Positions 7,915-15,152 of a stretch of DNA of 32,000 bases are shown piece by piece (within the stretch, counting starts at the first letter, position 1; each line of letters starts with the position of its first letter). The stretch is from Clostridiales bacterium UBA5888 (GTDB taxonomy: Bacteria > Bacillota > Clostridia > Oscillospirales > Oscillospiraceae). Below the pieces are notes generated by a model. That model was not told the origin of the DNA. It saw only the letters and a list, made by a program, of their open reading frames with translations, and did no database searches. The position numbers and the translations under genes were made by a program. The DNA is taken from contig DJEW01000011.1 in the NCBI GenBank assembly GCA_002431965.1, positions 96,854-128,853 of the forward strand. The letters run 5' to 3'.

Positions 7915-9378
7915 CTATATATAGTTCACGGTTATGCGGCAGACCTGAAATTCGTCCAGATGGGAGAGAGAGTAGTTGAAGCTGCCGCGCGCAAGACCGT
8001 TCCAGCGCCCCATAACGGCGTTGAGCTGGTCGATAAAGCCGACGTAATCATCCCAGCTTTCAAATTGAAGATATGCCGCGTCCTCGCCGGAGGAGAGACT
8101 GTCAAGCTGGTTAAAGAGTATCTGCGTATAATCCTCACCGGCGGGAATATAGGAGCCGCGGCGCGCGTGATAGCTCATGTTCATGCTCTCGCTGCCGGGG
8201 ATGATGAGAAATCCCGCGAACGACACGCCCTCGGTGTACTTTGAGCGCACCCAGCTGCGCGAGACGTTGAACGCGCCATAGTAGTTGTAGTTCCGGTCGG
8301 CGGAGTTGACGTCGTTTGTAACGTCAAGGTCATAATATGTGCCGTCTATGCGCACGACGTTCCATGCGTGACCGATGGGATTGCCCGGCTGATTGCCCGC
8401 CATGACCATGCACGGTATGCCCATCTCCTCGCATATCCATTTCATCGCAAGGCTTATCCCGTCGCACTTCGCCGCGCCGTCGCCAAGAGCGCCGTATGCA
8501 TTCGAGGCGTTGGCGGCGTCGTAGGAGTAAAAGCAGTTGGAGGCAATATAGTCATAGGCGGCAAGCTCACGCTCATAGTCGCTCAGACCTTCGGTGCTCT
8601 GCGCGAGCGTTTTGGCAATGCCGTCGCACACGCTGTATTCCTTTGCATACTGTTCCTGCGAGAGAGTGATCGGCAGACGGGCGGAGACAACGTTGCCGTC
8701 GGAATCGGAGTAATAGGTAATCTCCTCCGCTGCGGAGAATTGCAGCAGCTCCGGGCATTCGTAGGACAAAAGCAGAGTGAGATTTGAAAGCTCGTCGCGC
8801 GTGAGCGGCTGCGTGAATGAGCAGGCGGAGTCAAACGCGCTCACGGAGCGGTACAGCGCGCAGAAATTCTCCAGAAGCCGGTCGTCCAGCTGCAATAGAT
8901 ACTCCCGCAGCTCAAAGTGCGGAATGAGCGCGCGCGCCTGCTGCTGCACGGCCGAGAGCGGCTGCGGCGTGGGCTGCGGCGTCGGCGTGGGGGCAGGTGC
9001 GGCGGTCTGCTGCGCCGGAGTGGGAGCTTGCGTGACGGCGGAGGAGCGGCTTGCATCGCGGGCAAAGGTGACGAGAATGACGACAAGCGCCGCCGCTGCG
9101 ACAAAAAGCAGCGCCGCCGCTGCGCCGTAGCCGCGGCGCGGCTTTTCCACGCGAACGTCAATACGCAGAGGGCGCACCTCAATATCGCCGTAATTGACAA
9201 AAAACGGCGCGTCAACATACAGCGATGCGCCGGTCTTCAACCCGCCGGGCAGCTCCGCCAGGAGCGGTTCGGGCGCGCCGGGATAGCGCAGCGTGCGAAA
9301 GCAGCCGGAGCGTGCCTCCGCAGCGCTGAGCGTAACGGAGACGGAGGTATATTCAGCTTCGGTATATGTATTACTCAT
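7915..9378 (-). CDS. Membrane-anchored transglutaminase-like (papain-fold) domain protein
   Basis: It has an N-terminal cytoplasmic domain, one TM (AAAALLFVAAAALVVILV) and a Pro/Thr/Gln linker (APTPAQQTAAPAPTPTPQPTPQP). The extracellular domain carries the Cys-His-Asp core CDGISLAMKW...GHAWNVVRIDGTYYDLD. The start is uncertain: ATG at 9378 or TTG at 9399, neither with a good SD. Confidence 0.75.
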   Translation of the reverse strand: MSNTYTEAEYTSVSVTLSAAEARSGCFRTLRYPGAPEPLLAELPGGLKTGASLYVDAPFFVNYGDIEVRPLRIDVRVEKPRRGYGAAAALLFVAAAALVVILVTFARDASRSSAVTQAPTPAQQTAAPAPTPTPQPTPQPLSAVQQQARALIPHFELREYLLQLDDRLLENFCALYRSVSAFDSACSFTQPLTRDELSNLTLLLSYECPELLQFSAAEEITYYSDSDGNVVSARLPITLSQEQYAKEYSVCDGIAKTLAQSTEGLSDYERELAAYDYIASNCFYSYDAANASNAYGALGDGAAKCDGISLAMKWICEEMGIPCMVMAGNQPGNPIGHAWNVVRIDGTYYDLDVTNDVNSADRNYNYYGAFNVSRSWVRSKYTEGVSFAGFLIIPGSESMNMSYHARRGSYIPAGEDYTQILFNQLDSLSSGEDAAYLQFESWDDYVGFIDQLNAVMGRWNGLARGSFNYSLSHLDEFQVCRITVNYI

Positions 9379-9652
9379 AAAAATACTGGTGGCTTTCAAT
9401 AATTATAAAGTAAGGCGCAGAGCAAAATTATAACACATAAACTGCTCTGCACATATGAATTGGCTGTAAAAAAAAGAACGGATATGATATACTGAAGTCA
9501 GCACCGCACAATACGTCTGCGGCGTCCGGTAAAAGATTTGCGCTATGGCACAGCCGCTTTTGCTCTTTCCGCTTTATGCGGCGGCACACTATATACAATA
9601 ATACAAAAAAGCAAAAAGCGCAAGGGCGCAAAGTGAGGATGGGGGAAATAAA

Positions 9653-10777
9653 ATGAGATTCATACATACGGCGGATCTGCATCTGGGGAAGCGGCTGCAC
9701 GATGTGCCGCTGCTGGAGGATCAGATATATATGCTCGACGAGCTGAGAAGGCTCGCGGTGGAGCGCGCGGCGGACGCAGTAGTGATTGCGGGGGACGTGT
9801 ATCAGAGCTCATCCCCGCCGAGCGAGGCGATGAGCGCGTTTGACGGCTTTGTAACGGCGCTCGCCGCGGAGGGAATACGTGTTTTTGCCATCAGCGGAAA
9901 TCACGATTCGGAGCGCCGGGTTTCATATCTCGCCTCGCTCGTGCGCGGCAGCGGAATATATGTGAGCGAGCGCTTCACCGGCGCATTGCAGCAGTTCACG
10001 CTCACGGATGGGCATGGAGAGATCGTCGTGAGCCTGCTGCCGTTCGTAAAGCCGATAACGGTGCGCCGGTGCTTCCCGGATGAGGTGATAGAGAGCTATC
10101 AGGACGCGGCGGCGGCAGTGCTGCGCCATTCGCCGATAGATACGGCAAAGCGCAATATCCTTGTATGCCACCAGTTCATCACCGGCGCGGAGCTGGCAGG
10201 CTCGGAGGAGCTGAGCGTGGGCGGGGTGGAGAACATCGACGCCGCGCTTTTCGGGGATTTTGACTATGTCGCGCTGGGGCATATCCACCGCGCGCAGCGC
10301 GTCGGGCGCGACACGGTGCGTTACGCAGGATCGCCGCTGAAGTACTCCCTGGCGGAGGCCGCGCACAAAAAAAGCGCCGCCGTCGTGGACATGGGCGCAA
10401 AGGGCGAGGTGAGCATTGAGCTTGTGCCGCTCACGCCGCTGCACGATGTGCGCGAGGTTGAGGGCTTTCTTGACGAGATCATGCGCATGCCGTATTCGGA
10501 GGATTATGTCCGGGTGACGGTGTACGACGAGCTTGTGCCGCCGGATGCGCGCGTGACAGTGACGACGGTGTTTCCAAACCTCCTGCGCTTTGAGGTGAGG
10601 AATTCCAAAACCGGCGCGGCGGCGGAGAGCGTCGAGCCGCAGGATGTGGAGAACAAAAGCGTGGAAGCGCTTTTCTGCGATTTCTTCAGCATGCAGAACA
10701 ACGGCATACAGCCGAATGAAGAGCAGCTCGCGCTGATACGCCGCGTGCTCAGCGAGAGCGGGGAGGAAGAGGAATGA
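9653..10777 (+). CDS. sbcD: Exonuclease SbcD (Mre11-family nuclease)
   Basis: Calcineurin-like phosphoesterase motifs MRFIHTADLHLG, GDVYQ, GNHDS and GHIH. The gene is translationally coupled to sbcC. Confidence 0.9.
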   Translation: MRFIHTADLHLGKRLHDVPLLEDQIYMLDELRRLAVERAADAVVIAGDVYQSSSPPSEAMSAFDGFVTALAAEGIRVFAISGNHDSERRVSYLASLVRGSGIYVSERFTGALQQFTLTDGHGEIVVSLLPFVKPITVRRCFPDEVIESYQDAAAAVLRHSPIDTAKRNILVCHQFITGAELAGSEELSVGGVENIDAALFGDFDYVALGHIHRAQRVGRDTVRYAGSPLKYSLAEAAHKKSAAVVDMGAKGEVSIELVPLTPLHDVREVEGFLDEIMRMPYSEDYVRVTVYDELVPPDARVTVTTVFPNLLRFEVRNSKTGAAAESVEPQDVENKSVEALFCDFFSMQNNGIQPNEEQLALIRRVLSESGEEEE

Positions 10778-13398
10778 GACCGTGCAGGCTGACAATGTCC
10801 GCGTTCGGACCATACTCAGGACTGACAGAGCTGGACTTTGACGTGCTGGGGAAAGAGGGGCTGTTTCTCATAACCGGAGACACAGGCGCGGGCAAAACCA
10901 CGATATTCGACGCGATAAGCTTCGCACTCTACGGCGAGGGCTCAGGCGGCGCGGAGCGGCGCGCTTCAAAGTCGTTCCGCTCGGACTACGCCGCGCCGGA
11001 CAGGGAGACGTGGGTGGAATTCACGTTCACGCACCGCGGGCGCGAATACCGCATAAAGCGCGCGCCGGAGTATGAGCGCGCAAAGCAGCGCGGCGAGGGA
11101 ACGACCAGGCAGGAGGCATATGCGGAGTTTGAATGCCGCGAGACGGGCGAGCTTATAACGCGCATCGCGGCGGTCAACGCGCGCGTGGCGGAGCTGACCG
11201 GTTTAACACGAACACAGTTTGCTCAAACGGTGATGATAGCGCAGGGAGATTTTCTGAAGATACTCAACGCCAGAAGCGACGAGCGAAAAAAGCTTTTCCA
11301 GCACATCTTCAACACCGGCGTTTTTGCAGATATCCAGCAGCGTCTCAAGGATATGAACGCCGGGTGCGAAAGCGAGCTGAGCAGGCTGGACACGGCAGCG
11401 GAGACGGAGCTTGCGCGCCTGACGCACGATGCGGATTTCTCGCGCGAGGCGGAGACGGACGCGCTGCGCGGCGATGTGCGCGCGGCGGATAAGCTTATCC
11501 CTGTGCTCCGCGCGCGGCAGGAGGAGCGCAAAGCGCGGATAGAGAGCGCGAGAGCCGGTCACGAGCGCGCCGAGCGGGAGGCGGAAAAGCTGACAGATGC
11601 ACTGAGCCGCGCGAAGCTCATTCAAAACCAGCGGCAGGAGCTTGAAACGCTGGAGAAGGAACTTGCGCAAAGCGAAGCGGACGCCGGCGCGCGCAAGGAG
11701 CGTGAGGCGCTGCTGGAGAGAGCGAAACGCGCTGCAAGGCTGGACGGTGCGGAGCTTCTGCTGCGCCGGAGCGCCGCAGACGCGAAGACGACGCGCGCAT
11801 CGCTCGCAGCAGCGCGTGAGGCGCGGCTGGCGGGCGAGCGTGAGCGCGGGGAGAGCGCAGCGCGGCTTGAGCGCGCAGAGCGCGAGCTTGAAGAGAGCGG
11901 CGCGAAGCGCGAGGCGCTGCGCACACGCGCGGAGGCAATGCCGCTCGCGGAGCGCCTTGCGGCGGCGCGCGGGGAGTATGCGGTGCAGCAGAAGGCTGTC
12001 ACGGGATGCCTGGAAGCGAGCCGGAAGCTTGACGCGGAGTACACCCGCGCGCGTGAAGGCTTTTATGCCTCGCAGGCGGGGCTGCTGGCGCTGACGCTGG
12101 AGGCAGGGCGACCCTGTCCCGTGTGCGGCTCGACAGAGCATCCATCGCCGGCAAGACCCGGCGCGCAGACCGTCACGCGCGAGGAGCTTGAGCGGGTTGA
12201 CAAGGCGCGCAAAACTGCCGAGGAGCGCCTGCGGGGCGCATCGGAGACCGCGCAGCAGCAGCGCACTGCGGTCGAGAAGGACACGGAGCGCCTTGCCGCG
12301 CTGGGCTTTGCGCCGGATACGGACATGACGACGCTGAGCGAGGAGTGCAGCCGCCTGCGCCGCGAGATAGAGCATGCGGAGAGCGAGGCGAAGGCGGCGC
12401 GCGCGGAGAACGAGAGAATAGCCGCCGCATCGGCGCGTGCGTCCGCAGCGGAGGAGGAGGCGAAAAAAAGTCTTGAGCAGCAGGAACGCGCCCTTGCCGA
12501 ACGGCGAAAGGAATTTGCCGCGCAGCTGCGCGAGCAGGGCTTTGAAAGCGCAGAGGAGTACGCCGCGGCAAAGCTGACCGTCGCGCAGGCTGACGCGATG
12601 GAGGCGGAACTTCGCGCCGCGCAGCTGCGCGAGCGCTCGCTGAGAGACCGCGCGAAGGCGCTTGAAGAGAAGCTTGCCGGGGCGGAGGATACAAGCGTCG
12701 ATGGGCTGGCGCGCAAGCTGGACGCGGCGCGGGCAGCGGCGCGAAGCGCCGCCGCGGCAGAGACGGCGCTCACGGCGGCGCATGCGGTGGACGAGAGCGC
12801 AATAGCGCGGCTTTCAAAAATCGTGGAAGAGCGTGCCGCGGCACAGCACCGCTGGGCGGTGGTGAACGAGGTGTACGCCACGGTGTCCGGGCAGATCAGC
12901 CAGAGGGCGAAGCTCTCTTTTGAGACCTACGTGCAGCAGTATTACTTCAAGCAGGTGATCGCTGCGGCGAATAAGCGCCTGACCGTGCTGACGGACGGAA
13001 TGTTCATACTGCGGTGCAAGGAGGGGGCAAAAAACATGCGCTCGCAGTCGGGGCTTGATCTCGACGTGCTCGACAGGAGCACGGGGCTGTGGCGCGACGT
13101 GTCCACCCTTTCCGGTGGCGAGTCGTTCATGGCGTCGCTCGCGCTCGCGCTGGGTCTGTCGGACGTTGTGCAGAGCCGCAGCGGCGGGGTGCGCCTCGAT
13201 GCAATGTTTATCGACGAGGGCTTCGGCTCGCTTGACGAGAACGCGCTGCGCCAGGCGATGGAGGTTCTGACGCGCCTTGCAGGCGGAAAGCGCCTTGTCG
13301 GCGTGATCTCGCATATGCCGGAGCTGAAGGAACGCATAGAGCGCAAGGTGATCGTGACAAAAACCGTCTCCGGCTCAAAGCTCAGAGTGGAGACGTAA
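10774..13398 (+). CDS. sbcC: Exonuclease SbcC (Rad50-family SMC-like ATPase)
   Basis: Walker A GDTGAGKTT, a long Ala/Glu/Arg coiled coil with the zinc hook CPVCGSTEHP, signature LSGGESF and Walker B/D-loop MFIDEGFGSLD. ATGA overlap with sbcD. Confidence 0.9.
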   Translation: MRPCRLTMSAFGPYSGLTELDFDVLGKEGLFLITGDTGAGKTTIFDAISFALYGEGSGGAERRASKSFRSDYAAPDRETWVEFTFTHRGREYRIKRAPEYERAKQRGEGTTRQEAYAEFECRETGELITRIAAVNARVAELTGLTRTQFAQTVMIAQGDFLKILNARSDERKKLFQHIFNTGVFADIQQRLKDMNAGCESELSRLDTAAETELARLTHDADFSREAETDALRGDVRAADKLIPVLRARQEERKARIESARAGHERAEREAEKLTDALSRAKLIQNQRQELETLEKELAQSEADAGARKEREALLERAKRAARLDGAELLLRRSAADAKTTRASLAAAREARLAGERERGESAARLERAERELEESGAKREALRTRAEAMPLAERLAAARGEYAVQQKAVTGCLEASRKLDAEYTRAREGFYASQAGLLALTLEAGRPCPVCGSTEHPSPARPGAQTVTREELERVDKARKTAEERLRGASETAQQQRTAVEKDTERLAALGFAPDTDMTTLSEECSRLRREIEHAESEAKAARAENERIAAASARASAAEEEAKKSLEQQERALAERRKEFAAQLREQGFESAEEYAAAKLTVAQADAMEAELRAAQLRERSLRDRAKALEEKLAGAEDTSVDGLARKLDAARAAARSAAAAETALTAAHAVDESAIARLSKIVEERAAAQHRWAVVNEVYATVSGQISQRAKLSFETYVQQYYFKQVIAAANKRLTVLTDGMFILRCKEGAKNMRSQSGLDLDVLDRSTGLWRDVSTLSGGESFMASLALALGLSDVVQSRSGGVRLDAMFIDEGFGSLDENALRQAMEVLTRLAGGKRLVGVISHMPELKERIERKVIVTKTVSGSKLRVET

Positions 13399-13525
13399 GC
13401 GCAAAAAACTTCATGCGGGAACACTGCGCCGCAAAAATGCGCAAATGCCGGTGCATGAAGTTTCTGTGCATCATTTCTTATTATTTTGCTATGCTTTTGC
13501 ACAGCAAAAATATGGCATCATGCGT

Positions 13526-13864
13526 TCAAAGGCATGGGAGATTTGTGCCGGACTGGTGAGCGAGACGGCGGATATAGGAGGCGAGCGCTTCCTCGGACGG
13601 GAAATGCGCAAGCTTGCCGGGGCTGGGGTGCAGCACAACGTTCAGCGCCTCTCCGCATGCCTGACGCTCCATATATTCCACGGGCATCTCCGTGTAAAAA
13701 TGCTCTGACGCGATATGGCGCAGCTCATGGCGCAAAACCTCCCCGCGCTTTACCTCGCTCAAAAGCGCGTTGATGTACACGCTGAAGCTGCCGTCAGAGT
13801 TTGGAACGGTAACACCCTCGACCTTTATCGGCAGCTCAATGAGCCGGACAAAATAATCAGTCAT
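13526..13864 (-). CDS. ImmA/IrrE-family zinc metalloprotease (anti-repressor protease)
   Basis: HELRH (HExxH) motif in the context EVLRHELRHIASEHF. It is small (112 aa). Its ATG overlaps the 3' end of the upstream XRE gene by 8 nt, the classic repressor-ImmA pairing. The start is moved from 13879 to the ATG at 13864. Confidence 0.8.
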   Translation of the reverse strand: MTDYFVRLIELPIKVEGVTVPNSDGSFSVYINALLSEVKRGEVLRHELRHIASEHFYTEMPVEYMERQACGEALNVVLHPSPGKLAHFPSEEALASYIRRLAHQSGTNLPCL

Positions 13865-14201
13865 TGTGAAGCGCCTCAATGATCTTTACGGCGCGGCGCA
13901 CATCGTCCGGCGTGGCATCCCTGGCGAGCTTGAAGAGCATTTTCATATCCTCGCGGCTGCGCAGAGCCTCCAGAAGCTCTGCCAGCTCCGCGTCTGCGGC
14001 GGTCTGCGTGGAGGTGAGCGTGTTCATATCGACGCCGAAAAACTCCGAAAAAACGCGGAGTGTATCAATATCCGGCTCACGCTTGCCGGTCTCATACATT
14101 CCGATGGCGCTGCGCGACAGCCCGGTGCCGTCGGCAAGCTGCTGCTGCGACAGCCCCGCCTTGCGGCGCAGATGTGTCAGAGTATCGCTGAAATGAGACA
14201 T
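13857..14201 (-). CDS. XRE-family HTH repressor (CI-like)
   Basis: HTH_3 motif LRRKAGLSQQQLADGTGLSRSAIGMYETGKREP. The start is set at the ATG at 14201 with a GGAGG SD (14211-14215, minus strand). It is divergent from the structural operon. Confidence 0.85.
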   Translation of the reverse strand: MSHFSDTLTHLRRKAGLSQQQLADGTGLSRSAIGMYETGKREPDIDTLRVFSEFFGVDMNTLTSTQTAADAELAELLEALRSREDMKMLFKLARDATPDDVRRAVKIIEALHND

Positions 14202-14242
14202 ATGCCTAATCCTCCACGGTGTCACAACATACTTATGCCACG

Positions 14243-14271
14243 AATATATCACATTACGTGATAATTGTAAA
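14243..14271 (-). promoter_or_regulatory. Leftward promoter of the repressor-ImmA operon
   Basis: On the minus strand: TTTACA (14271-14266), 17-nt spacer, TATATT (14248-14243). The spacer is filled by operator O1. Confidence 0.55.
14248..14262. promoter_or_regulatory. Operator O1 (ATCAC-N5-GTGAT)
   Basis: ATCACATTACGTGAT has perfect 5-bp inverted arms. Its reverse complement matches O3 at 13 of the 14 central positions. Confidence 0.55.
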
Positions 14272-14306
14272 GAAAAACTTTTTTAAGAAACCGCGAGACG
14301 TGGGTA

Positions 14307-14335
14307 TTGACTTATACAACAGACAATGGTATACT
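14307..14335 (+). promoter_or_regulatory. Rightward promoter driving the packaging/structural operon
   Basis: TTGACT (14307-14312), 17-nt spacer ending in TGG (an extended -10 TGn), TATACT (14330-14335). Confidence 0.65.
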
Positions 14336-14342
14336 CCGAAAT

Positions 14343-14357
14343 GTCACAGGGCGTGAC
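14343..14357. promoter_or_regulatory. Operator O2 (GTCAC-N5-GTGAC) over the predicted transcription start
   Basis: GTCACAGGGCGTGAC begins 8 nt after the -10 hexamer. Confidence 0.55.
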
Positions 14358-14376
14358 ACAAAGAGCAGAGAGAAAA

Positions 14377-14412
14377 CCGGACGCGGACGCACTCCGCGCC
14401 GGTGGATTTTTT
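14377..14412 (+). terminator. Terminator-like GC hairpin plus T6 in the leader of the rightward transcript
   Basis: CCGGaCGCGGA-cgcac-TCCGCGCCGG (10 bp, one bulge), then TGGA and TTTTTT (14407-14412). The 4-nt gap before the U-tract makes it non-canonical. Confidence 0.4.
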
Positions 14413-14423
14413 GCACCTGTATA

Positions 14424-14438
14424 GTCACGTAACGTGAC
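14424..14438. promoter_or_regulatory. Operator O3 (GTCAC-N5-GTGAC)
   Basis: GTCACGTAACGTGAC lies downstream of the leader hairpin and 27 nt upstream of the first small ORF. Confidence 0.5.
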
Positions 14439-14464
14439 ACAGAATCAAGCGGGCGGAGGTTGCA

Positions 14465-14644
14465 TTGATCGGTTTGCGCAGCGCCGGATACATACGCACG
14501 GCGGAGATATTCGGCTATCCCGTGGGGGAAGAGAGCGAAGAGCTGTGCTGCGGCGAAAATCCAATGCTGCCGTGCTGGCTGTGGAGCGGCGAGCCCGGGA
14601 AAACGGAGGACGGCGGCAATGGGGAGACATTTTGTGAGCTATGA
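14465..14644 (+). CDS. Small hypothetical protein (59 aa, Cys/Trp-rich), not in the supplied ORF track
   Basis: TTG start lies 5 nt after GGAGG (14455-14459). Translation is LIGLRSAGYIRTAEIFGYPVGEESEELCCGENPMLPCWLWSGEPGKTEDGGNGETFCEL. Third codon positions are strongly G/C-biased, like the real genes here. The exact start is uncertain. Confidence 0.45.
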   Translation: MIGLRSAGYIRTAEIFGYPVGEESEELCCGENPMLPCWLWSGEPGKTEDGGNGETFCEL

Positions 14645-14825
14645 GGCGCAGTGCCCATTTTACAGGGCGGAGGACAGAAACAAAATCTACTGCGAGGGGG
14701 TGGAGAAGGGCAGCAGCCTGCACAACGCCTTTGCCGGCAGCGCGGCTTCATATAAGGAGCGCTACTGCTGCGCGCGGTGGGAGGACTGCCTGATCGCAAA
14801 GATGCTGTGGAGCAAGTACGATTGA
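14619..14825 (+). CDS. Small Cys-rich hypothetical protein (68 aa)
   Basis: ATG lies 9 nt after GGAGG (14605-14609). It has five Cys (CPFY, YCEG, YCC, DC) and no family that I can name. Confidence 0.55.
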   Translation: MGRHFVSYEAQCPFYRAEDRNKIYCEGVEKGSSLHNAFAGSAASYKERYCCARWEDCLIAKMLWSKYD

Positions 14826-14864
14826 CGGAAGGGAGGGAGCACAGCGGGGAGCTTTCCCCGGGAA

Positions 14865-15143
14865 ATGAAGAGAATGCAGAGCAACAGTGAAAAAGAGACA
14901 AAGGAGAATGCGCGCTGCCGGCGGTTTATGGACATGACGGATGCCGCGGCGGAGCTGATACAAAGCACGATAAGCGCCGCCGCGCCCGACGATCCCAAGT
15001 CGCTGCGCGCGATCACCGGGGCGCTGAAGGATCTGAAAGAGCTGATGGACGATCCGCCGGGCGCGGCAAAGGACGGCGGGAACATCGTGATACGTATAGA
15101 GGGCGATGTGCCGGACGCACCCGAGCTGCCGGAAGCGCCGTAA
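14865..15143 (+). CDS. Hypothetical protein upstream of the large terminase (positional candidate for a small terminase subunit)
   Basis: 92 aa, acidic, with the helical segment SLRAITGALKDLKELM. Only its position immediately 5' of terL supports the role, and no HTH is recognised. The SD is weak and alternative ATGs exist (14874, 14925). Confidence 0.45.
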   Translation: MKRMQSNSEKETKENARCRRFMDMTDAAAELIQSTISAAAPDDPKSLRAITGALKDLKELMDDPPGAAKDGGNIVIRIEGDVPDAPELPEAP

Positions 15144-15152
15144 AGCGCCCTG

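Noticed and set aside
7896-7925. Direct repeat AGTTCAC-TATATAT-AGTTCAC next to the malQ terminator.
   Set aside because: It overlaps the last codons and stop of the transglutaminase-like gene (…VNYI*). It is short enough to be coincidental, and no partner site or recombinase is nearby.
9428-9700. A 90-aa minus-strand ORF in the transglutaminase/sbcD intergenic region.
   Set aside because: It covers an AT-rich promoter region and overlaps the sbcD start. It has no SD, and its composition is atypical for coding DNA in this genome.
13400-13525. A tRNA gene or other classical integration target at the element's left boundary, and an integrase anywhere in 13400-31800.
   Set aside because: I could find no cloverleaf-compatible sequence or tRNA-like 3' end by eye. 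No ORF has tyrosine-recombinase (R..HxxR..Y) or serine-recombinase hallmarks. The absence is reported as a finding rather than a feature and needs tRNAscan and HMM confirmation.
13445-13773. Plus-strand ORFs 13445-13708 and 13486-13773 that could have been read as genes at the element's left edge.
   Set aside because: They lie antisense to the well-supported ImmA gene (HELRH motif, coupled to XRE). They have no SD or recognisable motifs.
14434-14637. Listed 67-aa plus-strand ORF in the switch-proximal region.
   Set aside because: The translation (RRIHTHGGDIRLSRGGRERRAVLRRKS...) is off-frame-looking Arg/Gly noise with no SD. The overlapping frame starting at 14465 has better codon bias and an SD.
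14823-14825. The idea that the in-frame TGA reflects genome-wide or phage-specific stop-codon recoding (TGA read as Trp or Gly).
   Set aside because: TGA terminates many clearly complete genes in this window (sbcD, terL, portal, XRE, ImmA, endolysin) at the expected lengths, so global reassignment is not supported. Only local read-through or a split gene remains as a weak possibility.
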